Source: Candidatus Kuenenia stuttgartensis (GTDB taxonomy: Bacteria; Planctomycetota; Brocadiia; Brocadiales; Brocadiaceae). From it: a stretch of 32,000 nucleotides of DNA. The stretch lies in the NCBI RefSeq assembly GCF_900232105.1, contig NZ_LT934425.1, positions 1,980,001-2,012,000 of the forward strand, read 5' to 3'. Below the pieces are notes generated by a model, which saw only the letters and a program-made list of their open reading frames with translations, had not been told where the DNA came from and did not search any database. Position numbers and translations under genes: made by a program. This document shows positions 7,650-15,256 of this stretch, piece by piece (position 1 is the first letter of the stretch; each line of letters opens with the position of its first letter).

Positions 7650-9668
7650 ATGAAAAAAGAGTTCCATTCAAAAGGCACATACGTAAGATTGTTATGCTAC
7701 CTGAAGCCATATTGGCGGAGGGTGATTGTCATTCTGCTGCTTTCAATAATCAGCGCTTTTGTTGCCGTGTTGCCTATTCAAATATTGGGGATAGCGGTTG
7801 ATGAAATAAGAATGGCGGACCGCCATGCTAATAGGAATGTAGAGACAACGCATGCGTTGTCTCTACCCGCACAAAAGGCAAACATGTCTGGCGATGAACC
7901 GGTTCTTAAAAAGAAATATTCCATTCCCGTTGCAAAACCGTTGCTGAAAATGTCAGGATATATTCATAACCATTGGTTCCTGGAGTATAATTACATTATG
8001 GTTACGCTCGTATTCCTTGCCTCGGGTTTTCTCGTGTTGCACGCAATAAGCAGTTGTATATCACTGGCGCATGGGTATATTACCTCGGAGCTTGGACAGC
8101 GGCTTGTGTATGACATGCGGAATCAGCTTTATGGCCATATCCAGCGATTCCCACTAAGTTATTTCGAAAATAACAAAACCGGCGACATTATGAGCAGAAT
8201 TATGAACGATGTGAATTCACTGGAACAGGCGATTGTGGGTCCGGTGATTACGTTCATTACCGATATGTTCAAATTCTTCTGGATTATTTATTTTTGCATG
8301 AAACTGGATTGGCAGCTTACCAGCATCGTTTTGTTTGTATGTCCTTTTATTTCACTCTGTACCTATAGTTTCGGGAAAAGAATCAGAAGGATTTTCCGCT
8401 CGTTACGCGAAAAGACGGGCGATCTTAATGCACTTATTCAGGACAATATATCCGGTATTCGTGTCATAGCGGGTTTCGCGAAAGAGACGGAAGAACTGGA
8501 ACGTTTTAAACACAAAAACTACGAGAACTACTTTCTTCACGTCCGCATTCTTAGGCTTGTGAATACCCTGCGGCCGGCGGTTGATTTAATAACGGAGACC
8601 GGCGCAGTGGCTGTTATCTGTCTGGGAGGATACAAGGTGCTGCAGGGGCAGCTTTCTGCGGGAACGTTTGTTATTTTCTTTCCCTACCTGCAAATGATGT
8701 ATGGTCCTATTACCGGGCTGACGCGGTTTTATAATCAGGTGCAGCGCGCTATTGCATCAACCGAACGTGTTTTTGAAGCGCTTGATACGCCCGTAGAATT
8801 GCAAGACGCTCCGGATGCCCTGCCATTGCCTGTGGTACAGGGATTTGTGGAATTCAAACATGTACACTTTATGTACGGGAAGGACAAAGAGGTGTTAACG
8901 GATATTAATATAACTGCATGCCCTGGCCAAATGATTGCCTTTGTAGGGCCTAGCGGGAGCGGAAAGACCACGCTGACCAAACTGCTGCCACGGTTTTATG
9001 ACCCGGTAAAGGGGGACATATTTATTGATGGGTATAATATAAAAAACGTCACCCTGCATTCTCTGCGAAAACAAATGGCGATGGTGCTTCAGGAAACCTT
9101 TCTTTTTAACGACACGGTAAGAACAAACATCGCTTACGCAAGATCGGACGCTTCGGATAAAGACGTTGAATATGCTGCGAAAGCTGCAAATGCGCACGAC
9201 TTTATCATGCAGCTCCCGAATGGTTACTATTCCATTATAGGAGAGCGTGGGGTAAAACTTTCAGGTGGACAGAAACAACGCATCGCAATCGCGCGGGCCA
9301 TCCTTGCAAATCCCAGAATACTGATCCTGGACGAAGCTACTTCCTCCGTAGATACGGAAACGGAACAGCTCATCCAGAATGCCATCTACCGGTTGATAAA
9401 AAACAGAACAACCTTTATTATTGCCCACAGATTATCAACGATTCTCCATGCAGACAGGATTGTTGTTTTGGAAAATGGAAGGATCGTCGAGGCAGGTCTT
9501 CATCAGGAACTTCTTGCGAATAATGGACTGTACAAAAAGCTCTTTGAGATGCAATTCGATACTCAGGAAAAAATAAAACCGAAACCAGAAACCGAAACCG
9601 GAGAAGACATGAAAAACCCCGAACCGGTCATAGATATAGAAGAACTCCGGCAAACCATGGAATGGTAG
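7650..9668 (+). CDS. ABC exporter, fused permease/ATPase (MsbA/lipid-multidrug exporter type)
   Basis: 672 aa with an ABC_membrane-type N-terminus (LLCYLKPYWRRVIVILLLS). Walker A GPSGSGKTT, signature LSGGQKQRIAIARA, Walker B ILILDEATSSVD and an H-loop IAHRLST are all present. It has an unusually long first external loop and an acidic/Pro-rich C-terminal tail. Confidence 0.9.
   Translation: MKKEFHSKGTYVRLLCYLKPYWRRVIVILLLSIISAFVAVLPIQILGIAVDEIRMADRHANRNVETTHALSLPAQKANMSGDEPVLKKKYSIPVAKPLLKMSGYIHNHWFLEYNYIMVTLVFLASGFLVLHAISSCISLAHGYITSELGQRLVYDMRNQLYGHIQRFPLSYFENNKTGDIMSRIMNDVNSLEQAIVGPVITFITDMFKFFWIIYFCMKLDWQLTSIVLFVCPFISLCTYSFGKRIRRIFRSLREKTGDLNALIQDNISGIRVIAGFAKETEELERFKHKNYENYFLHVRILRLVNTLRPAVDLITETGAVAVICLGGYKVLQGQLSAGTFVIFFPYLQMMYGPITGLTRFYNQVQRAIASTERVFEALDTPVELQDAPDALPLPVVQGFVEFKHVHFMYGKDKEVLTDINITACPGQMIAFVGPSGSGKTTLTKLLPRFYDPVKGDIFIDGYNIKNVTLHSLRKQMAMVLQETFLFNDTVRTNIAYARSDASDKDVEYAAKAANAHDFIMQLPNGYYSIIGERGVKLSGGQKQRIAIARAILANPRILILDEATSSVDTETEQLIQNAIYRLIKNRTTFIIAHRLSTILHADRIVVLENGRIVEAGLHQELLANNGLYKKLFEMQFDTQEKIKPKPETETGEDMKNPEPVIDIEELRQTMEW
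7839..7866. repeat. Perfect 28-nt palindrome inside the ABC exporter CDS
   Basis: gtagagacaacgca|tgcgttgtctctac is perfectly self-complementary. It is preceded by a 15-nt palindrome atggcgg-a-ccgccat at 7812-7826. The arm gtagagaca is shared with the intergenic palindrome at 9766-9790. Confidence 0.9.
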
Positions 9669-9675
9669 AAAAAGA

Positions 9676-9973
9676 GTAACACTTTAGTTTTTTAAAAAAT
9701 GTATTACCTATAAGCTCCGTAGGAGCAGCCTGTTTGTAGCAAAATAGAATATTATAACAGATCGTAGAGACAGGTTTGAAACCTGTCTCTGCAATTAGGA
9801 GCGACCTGTCTCTTGTAAATCCATATTAAACAGGTCTGCCTGAATACGTACAGGCCGCTCCTACGGAGCTATTTACTCTATTGAATTTTATTGTGCTACA
9901 AACAGACCGCCCCTAACGGGGCGACATGGTATTTTTTCTATACCGTGAATTTTTCAAAAAGCTGAAATGTTAC
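9676..9973. mobile_element. MITE-like non-coding element (~300 bp) bounded by imperfect 24-bp inverted repeats
   Basis: The left end gtaacactttagttttttaaaaaa (9676-9699) matches the reverse complement of the right end tttttcaaaaagctgaaatgttac (9950-9973) at 20/24 positions. The interior has no ORF but is packed with palindromes: agagacaggttt-g-aaacctgtctct at 9766-9790, agctccgtaggagc at 9713-9726 with its complement at 9857-9870, cctgtttgtagca at 9729-9741 with a 12-nt complement (tgctacaaacag) at 9894-9905, and cgcccc-taac-ggggcg at 9908-9923. Confidence 0.4.
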
Positions 9974-10070
9974 GAAAAAGGGGATAAATCTTGCATACTT
10001 ACCAAATTTTTTAAAACAAACTGATTTTACTTTTACAACAGTAGTCATGTTCGAATTAAAATAACAGCAT

Positions 10071-10190
10071 ATCGAAGCTATCAATCGTTGCTTTGCTGTA
10101 TATTCCAGAATTGAGCAAGTGGTTCTCTGTGGCTCCCGTGCTATAGGAAATTACAAGGATGGCTCTGATATTGATTTGACAATTTTGACT
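10071..10190 (+). pseudogene. Fragment of a minimal nucleotidyltransferase (MNT/NTP_transf_2-type) gene
   Basis: Translates to IEAINRCFAVYSRIEQVVLCGSRAIGNYKDGSDIDLTI, which contains the GSxxxG...D-x-D nucleotidyltransferase signature. There is no start codon (an in-frame TAA lies just upstream), the family resemblance stops after DIDLTI, and no HEPN partner is present. Confidence 0.45.
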
Positions 10191-10223
10191 TTGAAAAATC
10201 GCAAATATCTAATATCTAGCAGG

Positions 10224-10466
10224 TTAGGTAGAACTATTTGTTATAGTCTTTTTTTGATAATCAGGTTTAAGAATTAAGGAAATGGGTTTTTGTGTCTTTA
10301 ATGCGCTTACTTTTAATATTGAAAAACCAATAACTTCTCCATCCTTATCTACTTTTTCCATAACAGCATCATTCTCAGTTTCTTTAAAAAAACCTTCTTT
10401 CCTATCAAACAACACTTCAAGGTAATCCCCTTCCTGGTCGTACCATACTTTTATTTCTCTTCCCAT
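10224..10466 (-). CDS. DUF2283 family small protein (antitoxin-like partner)
   Basis: 80 aa. MGREIKVWYDQEGDYLEVLFDRKEGFFKETENDAVMEKVDKDGEVIGFSILKVSAL follows the DUF2283 pattern (Y D xx xD xL x V ... D xx G xx IG x xI L). Confidence 0.75.
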   Translation of the reverse strand: MGREIKVWYDQEGDYLEVLFDRKEGFFKETENDAVMEKVDKDGEVIGFSILKVSALKTQKPISLILKPDYQKKTITNSST

Positions 10467-10780
10467 AATATTCCCCCCTTTTTTATTGTATCTGTAAAGT
10501 ATGCAGTAATAATAAATGAGTCATCAATTCATGATTTTATGACAACACCGAGATATTTTTCGGTAACAGGGGTTCTGGAGTATTTTTTGTAAAACAACTC
10601 TACTTCATTATCCGTTTTCGATCTTACGATCATGAAAGGATTTTTAAGTGTGTCCTTTATTTTATCATATTGATTTAGCATTTCAGGATGATCTTGTTCA
10701 ATATGGTCTTTTCTGTCACCAGTAAATCTTATAGTTCGATTCTGGTAATCTTTAATGATTTCTATTTTATTTTTATTATT
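10451..10780 (-). pseudogene. Frameshifted, start-less toxin-like gene upstream of and overlapping the DUF2283 gene
   Basis: On the minus strand one frame reads ...KIEIIKDYQNRTIRFTGDRKDHIEQDHPEMLNQYDKIKDTLKNPFMIVRSKTDNEVELFYKKYSRTPVTEKYLGVVIKS and stops at 10529-10531. A second frame continues IDDSFIITAYFTDTIKKGGILWEEK and stops at 10451-10453, 16 nt inside the DUF2283 ORF. No ATG/GTG/TTG start follows the upstream in-frame stop. The pattern resembles small nuclease-like toxins that pair with DUF2283. Confidence 0.4.
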
Positions 10781-10795
10781 TTAGGCCCATAACGT

Positions 10796-11533
10796 TCAAA
10801 TTGAGGGGCTGCGCACTTTTGCGCAGTCCCTCTCGAATACAGGGTTATACACAGGTTTAATAGCCAGCATTTCATTGCCACCTCGCTGAAACTCGTAAGG
10901 AACACGCTTGACCTCAACGCCGAAGCCGTGATTCTCAAGGTGTTTGCTCACAAAATCAAGGTGGGATGATGGCGTGCTATCGAGCGCAAGCAGTGGAAAC
11001 ACACGCACTTCGCGAGCAACACGCAACATTTCTTGAAGAGCCTGAAGATGAAACTCCGCCGATAAGTGGGCGCTGTACAAAAATAGAAAATGAGACGATA
11101 AGGCGATGTCGAATTGTCCGCTTTTGAAAGGTAACGACGGTAACTCCCCTGCAATGTATCGGCCTTCCTGTTTTCCTGTTTCGAAGTCAGCAAGGAAAAT
11201 TTCCATTGCTGACATGCGAACATTCCCGGGTTGTTCCACTGACGGAATAGCTCTCCCCCAAACGTAGTCGTTTTTGTTCTTGCGCATTTGTGTCATCACG
11301 GCTTCATACGTATCAGAGACGCGGCTTCTAATCTGCGCAGTATCAAAAACATAGATCGGATCGACTGAGACGACGTTACCACCGCGCTTGCTCAGTGCGG
11401 AATTGAATGCGGCAGGGCCATCACCGCAGCCGAGAATATGAAGCACCAGATCGCCCTCTGTGAGGCCGAACATGCGGATGTATTCGTCATACGAACGCCC
11501 CCACGGTACAACTTTGTCGAGCGTAAATCCCAT
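10796..11533 (-). CDS. Class I SAM-dependent methyltransferase
   Basis: 245 aa. SAM-binding motif I is HILGCGDGPAAF, followed by an acidic residue after beta-2 (VVSVDPIY). It is visibly more GC-rich than both neighbours. Confidence 0.7.
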   Translation of the reverse strand: MGFTLDKVVPWGRSYDEYIRMFGLTEGDLVLHILGCGDGPAAFNSALSKRGGNVVSVDPIYVFDTAQIRSRVSDTYEAVMTQMRKNKNDYVWGRAIPSVEQPGNVRMSAMEIFLADFETGKQEGRYIAGELPSLPFKSGQFDIALSSHFLFLYSAHLSAEFHLQALQEMLRVAREVRVFPLLALDSTPSSHLDFVSKHLENHGFGVEVKRVPYEFQRGGNEMLAIKPVYNPVFERDCAKVRSPSI

Positions 11534-11638
11534 AAATGGCCTGCCTGTCTAACGGTTAAAATCACTGGCCGGCTCCGGTGTGTTAAAGAAAAAAACGTGC
11601 TGCTAGTTCCGGTCAAGTGCATTTTTTTGTTAGCTGAA

Positions 11639-12232
11639 TCACGTTAATATACTCAGCAATTTATAGGATTCCTCAAGTAAAACCCGTCTACATGCGACAT
11701 CCTTAACGTCTTTAAGTTCAGTGAAGATTTCAACATATCGGTTTCTGATCTTTATGAATTCTGAAGAGTTATAGAGTTGTGAGATCCATTTGATTTCTGT
11801 AACGGACAAATTGTCAAGGATTTGCGAGGGTGTATATTCAAAATAATCGCTTTCGCAGTCGTTTGAAGAGTGCCATATGTTGTATTCAGGTATCTCTATA
11901 CCAATGATTTTTGGTATAAAGTATAAATTTGAAAGCATTAATTCAGCTAATTTGATTTTTGCTTCACCAGCTTTACCCATTTGATACAGCATGATTGCCC
12001 AACATAATAGTTGAATCGGTTCTCCGCTATCATCTGGGAATTCATTCTCGTACCATTCAATGTATGTCGATGATTTTTTCAGATCACCGAGTAAAAAATA
12101 AAGACAGAAAAGCAAATATCTTTTACCAGCACCGTCATTGATTGAACCATAAGTTTTCTTTTCTTTATTCAAGGAGCTTTTATAACTTGAAATGTGCTGT
12201 TTAATCTTTTTTTCTGTATCTGGAATATTCAT
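11639..12232 (-). CDS. Hypothetical protein (AT-rich, no motif recognised)
   Basis: 197-aa ORF with no competing ORF of comparable length and helical-repeat-like composition. I recognise no family signature. Confidence 0.45.
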   Translation of the reverse strand: MNIPDTEKKIKQHISSYKSSLNKEKKTYGSINDGAGKRYLLFCLYFLLGDLKKSSTYIEWYENEFPDDSGEPIQLLCWAIMLYQMGKAGEAKIKLAELMLSNLYFIPKIIGIEIPEYNIWHSSNDCESDYFEYTPSQILDNLSVTEIKWISQLYNSSEFIKIRNRYVEIFTELKDVKDVACRRVLLEESYKLLSILT

Positions 12233-12320
12233 ATATGTTTTACTTTCTTCCTTTTATAGGTTTTCAGCCAACGTCGCAAATCAGCCGCGCCGCTTTTTGG
12301 CGTCGGCCGAATTTGCCTTG

Positions 12321-12617
12321 TTATGTTCTTTTTTTCCAGTGCCGTGGATGACGACTGCCATGCATAACGGCAAGTACCACAACCGAGTCTTCATCGACTC
12401 GATAAAATATCCCAAAAGGAAATCGGCGCACTACAGCACGGCGACTTTGCCTATGCACTACGGGGTAAATATTCGGATTTTCTGAGATTGTATCTAATGC
12501 AACAAGAACGTCATCAAGAAACTCTTGGCCAAGACCTTTACGTTGCCTATCATACCACGTCGCAGCATCTTCAATATCTGCTTCAGCTTCTGGTCGAAGA
12601 TAAACCTTAAGACTCAC
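12321..12617 (-). CDS. parE: Type II toxin-antitoxin system toxin, RelE/ParE family
   Basis: 98 aa. AEADIEDAATWYDRQRKGLGQEFLDDVLVALDTISENPNIYPVVHRQSRRAVVRRFPFGIFYRVDEDSVVVLAVMHGSRHP is the classical ParE-like pattern. It overlaps the upstream antitoxin gene by 4 nt. Confidence 0.85.
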   Translation of the reverse strand: MSLKVYLRPEAEADIEDAATWYDRQRKGLGQEFLDDVLVALDTISENPNIYPVVHRQSRRAVVRRFPFGIFYRVDEDSVVVLAVMHGSRHPRHWKKRT

Positions 12618-12823
12618 AATCGTTTCCTAATGTCAGATATTGCTTCACCGGCTAAGCGGCCTTTAAGTCGTTCCGATTCGTAAGCATTCAAGCGTCGGTC
12701 AAGTTCCTCTTTTTGTTCATCGGTTAATGGCAATGCCGCTTGATCAGTAGCAATGCTATCCCAGATATCCTCAACCAGTCTTATCCTCTCTTCAATCGGG
12801 AGATTACGTAAATAAGCTGTCAT
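12614..12823 (-). CDS. Putative addiction-module antitoxin component (TIGR02574-like)
   Basis: 69 aa. ERIRLVEDIWDSIA...LTDEQKEELDRRLNAYE matches the 'putative addiction module component' family. A GGAGGA RBS lies 7 nt upstream of the ATG. Confidence 0.8.
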   Translation of the reverse strand: MTAYLRNLPIEERIRLVEDIWDSIATDQAALPLTDEQKEELDRRLNAYESERLKGRLAGEAISDIRKRL

Positions 12824-12837
12824 CGTTACTTCCTCCG

Positions 12838-12866
12838 TTTATATTTTAACAGTATTTGACTCACAA
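12838..12866 (-). promoter_or_regulatory. Candidate promoter of the antitoxin-toxin operon
   Basis: The minus strand reads TTGTGA-17 nt-TATAAA just upstream of the GGAGGA RBS. A small palindrome ttgat...atcaa a little further upstream could be an operator. Confidence 0.3.
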
Positions 12867-13011
12867 TATTTTGAAACAGGACCATTGATTATCACAATCA
12901 ATTGCCCTGATGGCTTGAGAAAAACACTATTATCAGGTAAAATTGTCGCGTAGTTTTTAAAAAATTACTTTATAATTTTATTTCTTATACATTGTAGGAT
13001 AGGAGAAAAAG

Positions 13012-13140
13012 ATGTCAAACAAAAAAGGGGGAGGTTGCCAGATGAAGCGAAAGATATAATGAGGCTTAAGCATTATTATATCCATCCATAAAGAACGATC
13101 ATACGGTGATTGGATCAAACGATATATTCAATACCACTGA
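13012..13140 (+). pseudogene. Degraded N-terminal remnant of a tyrosine recombinase (integron-integrase/XerD-like SAM-like domain)
   Basis: AGGAG RBS plus ATG13012 (MSNKKG). After frameshifts it reads RLPDEAKDIMRLKHYYIHP* and then KERSYGDWIKRYIQYH*. Compare the conserved integrase N-terminus ...IRLKHYSxRTExxYxxWIKRFIxFH. Only about 45 codons remain. Confidence 0.5.
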
Positions 13141-13283
13141 ATGACCGGTAGAGTGACCGAAACAGCTTTCGCTTGCATTTTTACAATCGCAAAGTAAAAT
13201 GAAACATCCATGGCCTAAAAGTCACAGAGTGAAGTGAAAATAAATAATCCACAGATTACTTGGCGCGGCCTTTGGCCGCAACC

Positions 13284-13332
13284 AAATTCGAAATACGAAT
13301 GTCGAAATATGAAACAAGTTCAAATGACAAAA
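13284..13332 (+). repeat. Dispersed AT-rich repeat, family A (other copy 744-785, inverted)
   Basis: aaattcgaaatacgaatgtcgaaatatgaaacaagttcaaatgacaaaa, preceded by the GC hairpin gcggcc-ttt-ggccgc at 13265-13279. Confidence 0.6.
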
Positions 13333-13731
13333 AACCCAATACTCCAAACTTTACGTAAGCCTCATCTAATCAATGTCTTACGGTTGTGTAGTTTGAAAAA
13401 CTAGCATAAAAAACAAGAAGTTGATGGATAGTAGTACGGATTTCTACAGATCAGGAGAAGATTAAAGAAGTTTTTTATCTGTTGTGAGATCTTTGAATGC
13501 GGTAGTTTTTCATAAAACATGACGATAGTGATACACGGGAATCCGGCGAATAAAATGCCCGTGAGTTTTCAGTATGAAGCGCTGTATATGGAAAGGGACT
13601 TGCGTTAAATCATCTTTGGTGATATATGAAGAAGGCAAAGTTTTACCCGTATTGAAATACAGTATAAGAAAGCTTTGATAAAAGCAAAGAATTGATTGTT
13701 TACGAAAATTTATAAACGTTGAGAATGAAAC

Positions 13732-15042
13732 ATGAACGTAGAAACCGATAAGAAATCAGGATATGTATTTAAAGCCCCCAGAGGCACTGAAGATGTTTTG
13801 CCAGGCAATTGGGATTTGTGGAAGAAACTGGAGGAGGCGGGCCGTCAGGAGTTCGAATTATGCGGATACTATGAAATCCGCACCCCGGTTTTTGAAGACA
13901 CGCGCCTTTTTGTAAGAAGCATAGGCGAGGCGACTGATATTGTGGAAAAAGAGATGTATACCTTTTCAGACAGTGAAGATTCGAGCATAACATTGCGTCC
14001 TGAAAATACCGCGCCTGTTATGCGGGCATATCTGGAATATGAACTGCACAAAACAAAAAAATTTCAAAAGTACTATTACATCGGTCCGCAATTCAGGAAA
14101 GAACGCCCTCAGGCAGGCAGACTTCGCCAGTTCCACCAGATGGGGATAGAAGCGGTTGGCGCAAACGACCCATTACTCGACGTAGAAACGATTGGTGTTG
14201 CAGTGAGGATTTTTGAGCGTATCGGGTTGAAAGGTTACAATGTGAAGATCAATTCAATAGGTTGTAATGAATGCAGGCCGGTATTCAGAAATATCATAAA
14301 GGACATCCTCTGCGAGCGCGAGACTGCATTATGCGAACTTTGCCAATCACGGCTTCACAGGAATGTATTTCGTATACTTGATTGCAAGAATGAAAAATGC
14401 AAGGAAGTAACACATCAACTGCCGCCTGTGAATGACTATCTCTGTGAAGAATGCCGTATTCATGCAAATAGCGTCAGAGAAGCCTTGGTGGGAATAGGCA
14501 TCCCTTATATTGCGGATGCGCATCTTGTGAGAGGGTTGGATTACTATACGAAAACGGTTTTCGAAATTACCCATTCTTCATTAGGTGCCCGCGATGCAAT
14601 CTGCGCCGGCGGGAGGTACGACAATCTGATCGCCGATATGGGAGGGCCTTCCATCGGTGCTGTCGGGTTTGCGATAGGAATGGAGGCAACTATTCTTGCG
14701 ATGCAAAATGTATTAAACAAAAAAAAACAGCCTGTTCATCTCGAAATTAACGAGCCTGCGCCAACGGTTTACATCGTTTCTATCGACAAGGAGATCAAAA
14801 AGCATTGCTTTTACCTGCTCAACCTTTTGAGAAAGTCCGGTATTTCCGCGGATCTGGATTATGAAGGGAGGAGTCCGAAGGCACAAATGCGTGTTGCAAA
14901 TAAACTGGGGGTAAAATACGTTCTGGTGCTGGGGCCTGATGAATTGGAAAGGGGTAATGTTAAGGTAAAAATAATGGAAACGGGCGAAGAGGTTATCGTA
15001 AGGCAGGATGAGATACTCAATTGGTTCCTTCAAAAACGATAA
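13732..15042 (+). CDS. hisS: Histidine--tRNA ligase
   Basis: 436 aa with class II aaRS motifs: FKAPRGTEDVLPG, YYEIRTPVFE, LRPENTAP, YYIGPQFRKERPQAGRLRQFHQ and AICAGGRYDNL. The C-terminus is an anticodon-binding domain. Confidence 0.95.
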   Translation: MNVETDKKSGYVFKAPRGTEDVLPGNWDLWKKLEEAGRQEFELCGYYEIRTPVFEDTRLFVRSIGEATDIVEKEMYTFSDSEDSSITLRPENTAPVMRAYLEYELHKTKKFQKYYYIGPQFRKERPQAGRLRQFHQMGIEAVGANDPLLDVETIGVAVRIFERIGLKGYNVKINSIGCNECRPVFRNIIKDILCERETALCELCQSRLHRNVFRILDCKNEKCKEVTHQLPPVNDYLCEECRIHANSVREALVGIGIPYIADAHLVRGLDYYTKTVFEITHSSLGARDAICAGGRYDNLIADMGGPSIGAVGFAIGMEATILAMQNVLNKKKQPVHLEINEPAPTVYIVSIDKEIKKHCFYLLNLLRKSGISADLDYEGRSPKAQMRVANKLGVKYVLVLGPDELERGNVKVKIMETGEEVIVRQDEILNWFLQKR

Positions 15043-15256
15043 ACCGGCAAGCGCAATTTAGTCTCACGTCCGTAGTTAAAGAATAGCAAGACACGCGATA
15101 CAGCAAAAAGGAATTTTTAGATAAAGATCAACGGTATTGCAACCCTCTCTTCACAACAAAAATCCCGCCCTGAATCTTCCTTGCAATAAAGACACATTAT
15201 TTTTTTTCGGACCATTTTAAATGAGAAATTTGTAATCCACAGGAGGCAGTAAACAC

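Noticed and set aside
7490-7801. 103-aa ORF overlapping the ABC exporter start
   Set aside because: It is out of frame with a well-supported exporter N-terminus, Cys/His-rich by chance, and sits in repeat-containing intergenic DNA.
9700-9930. Possible CRISPR array because of many short palindromic repeats
   Set aside because: The repeats differ from one another, are not regularly spaced and are not separated by unique spacers of constant length. No cas genes are present.
11392-12485. ORFs 11392-11622 (-), 11438-11647 (+) and 12192-12485 (+)
   Set aside because: They overlap or lie antisense to better-supported genes (methyltransferase, ParE-like toxin) or fall in short intergenic DNA. No motifs.
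13381-13731. T-box or other riboswitch leader upstream of hisS-aspS (as in Firmicutes)
   Set aside because: No T-box consensus (AAUUAGGGUGGUACCGCG-like) and no specifier/antiterminator architecture was seen. The region is only AT-rich sequence with weak hairpins.
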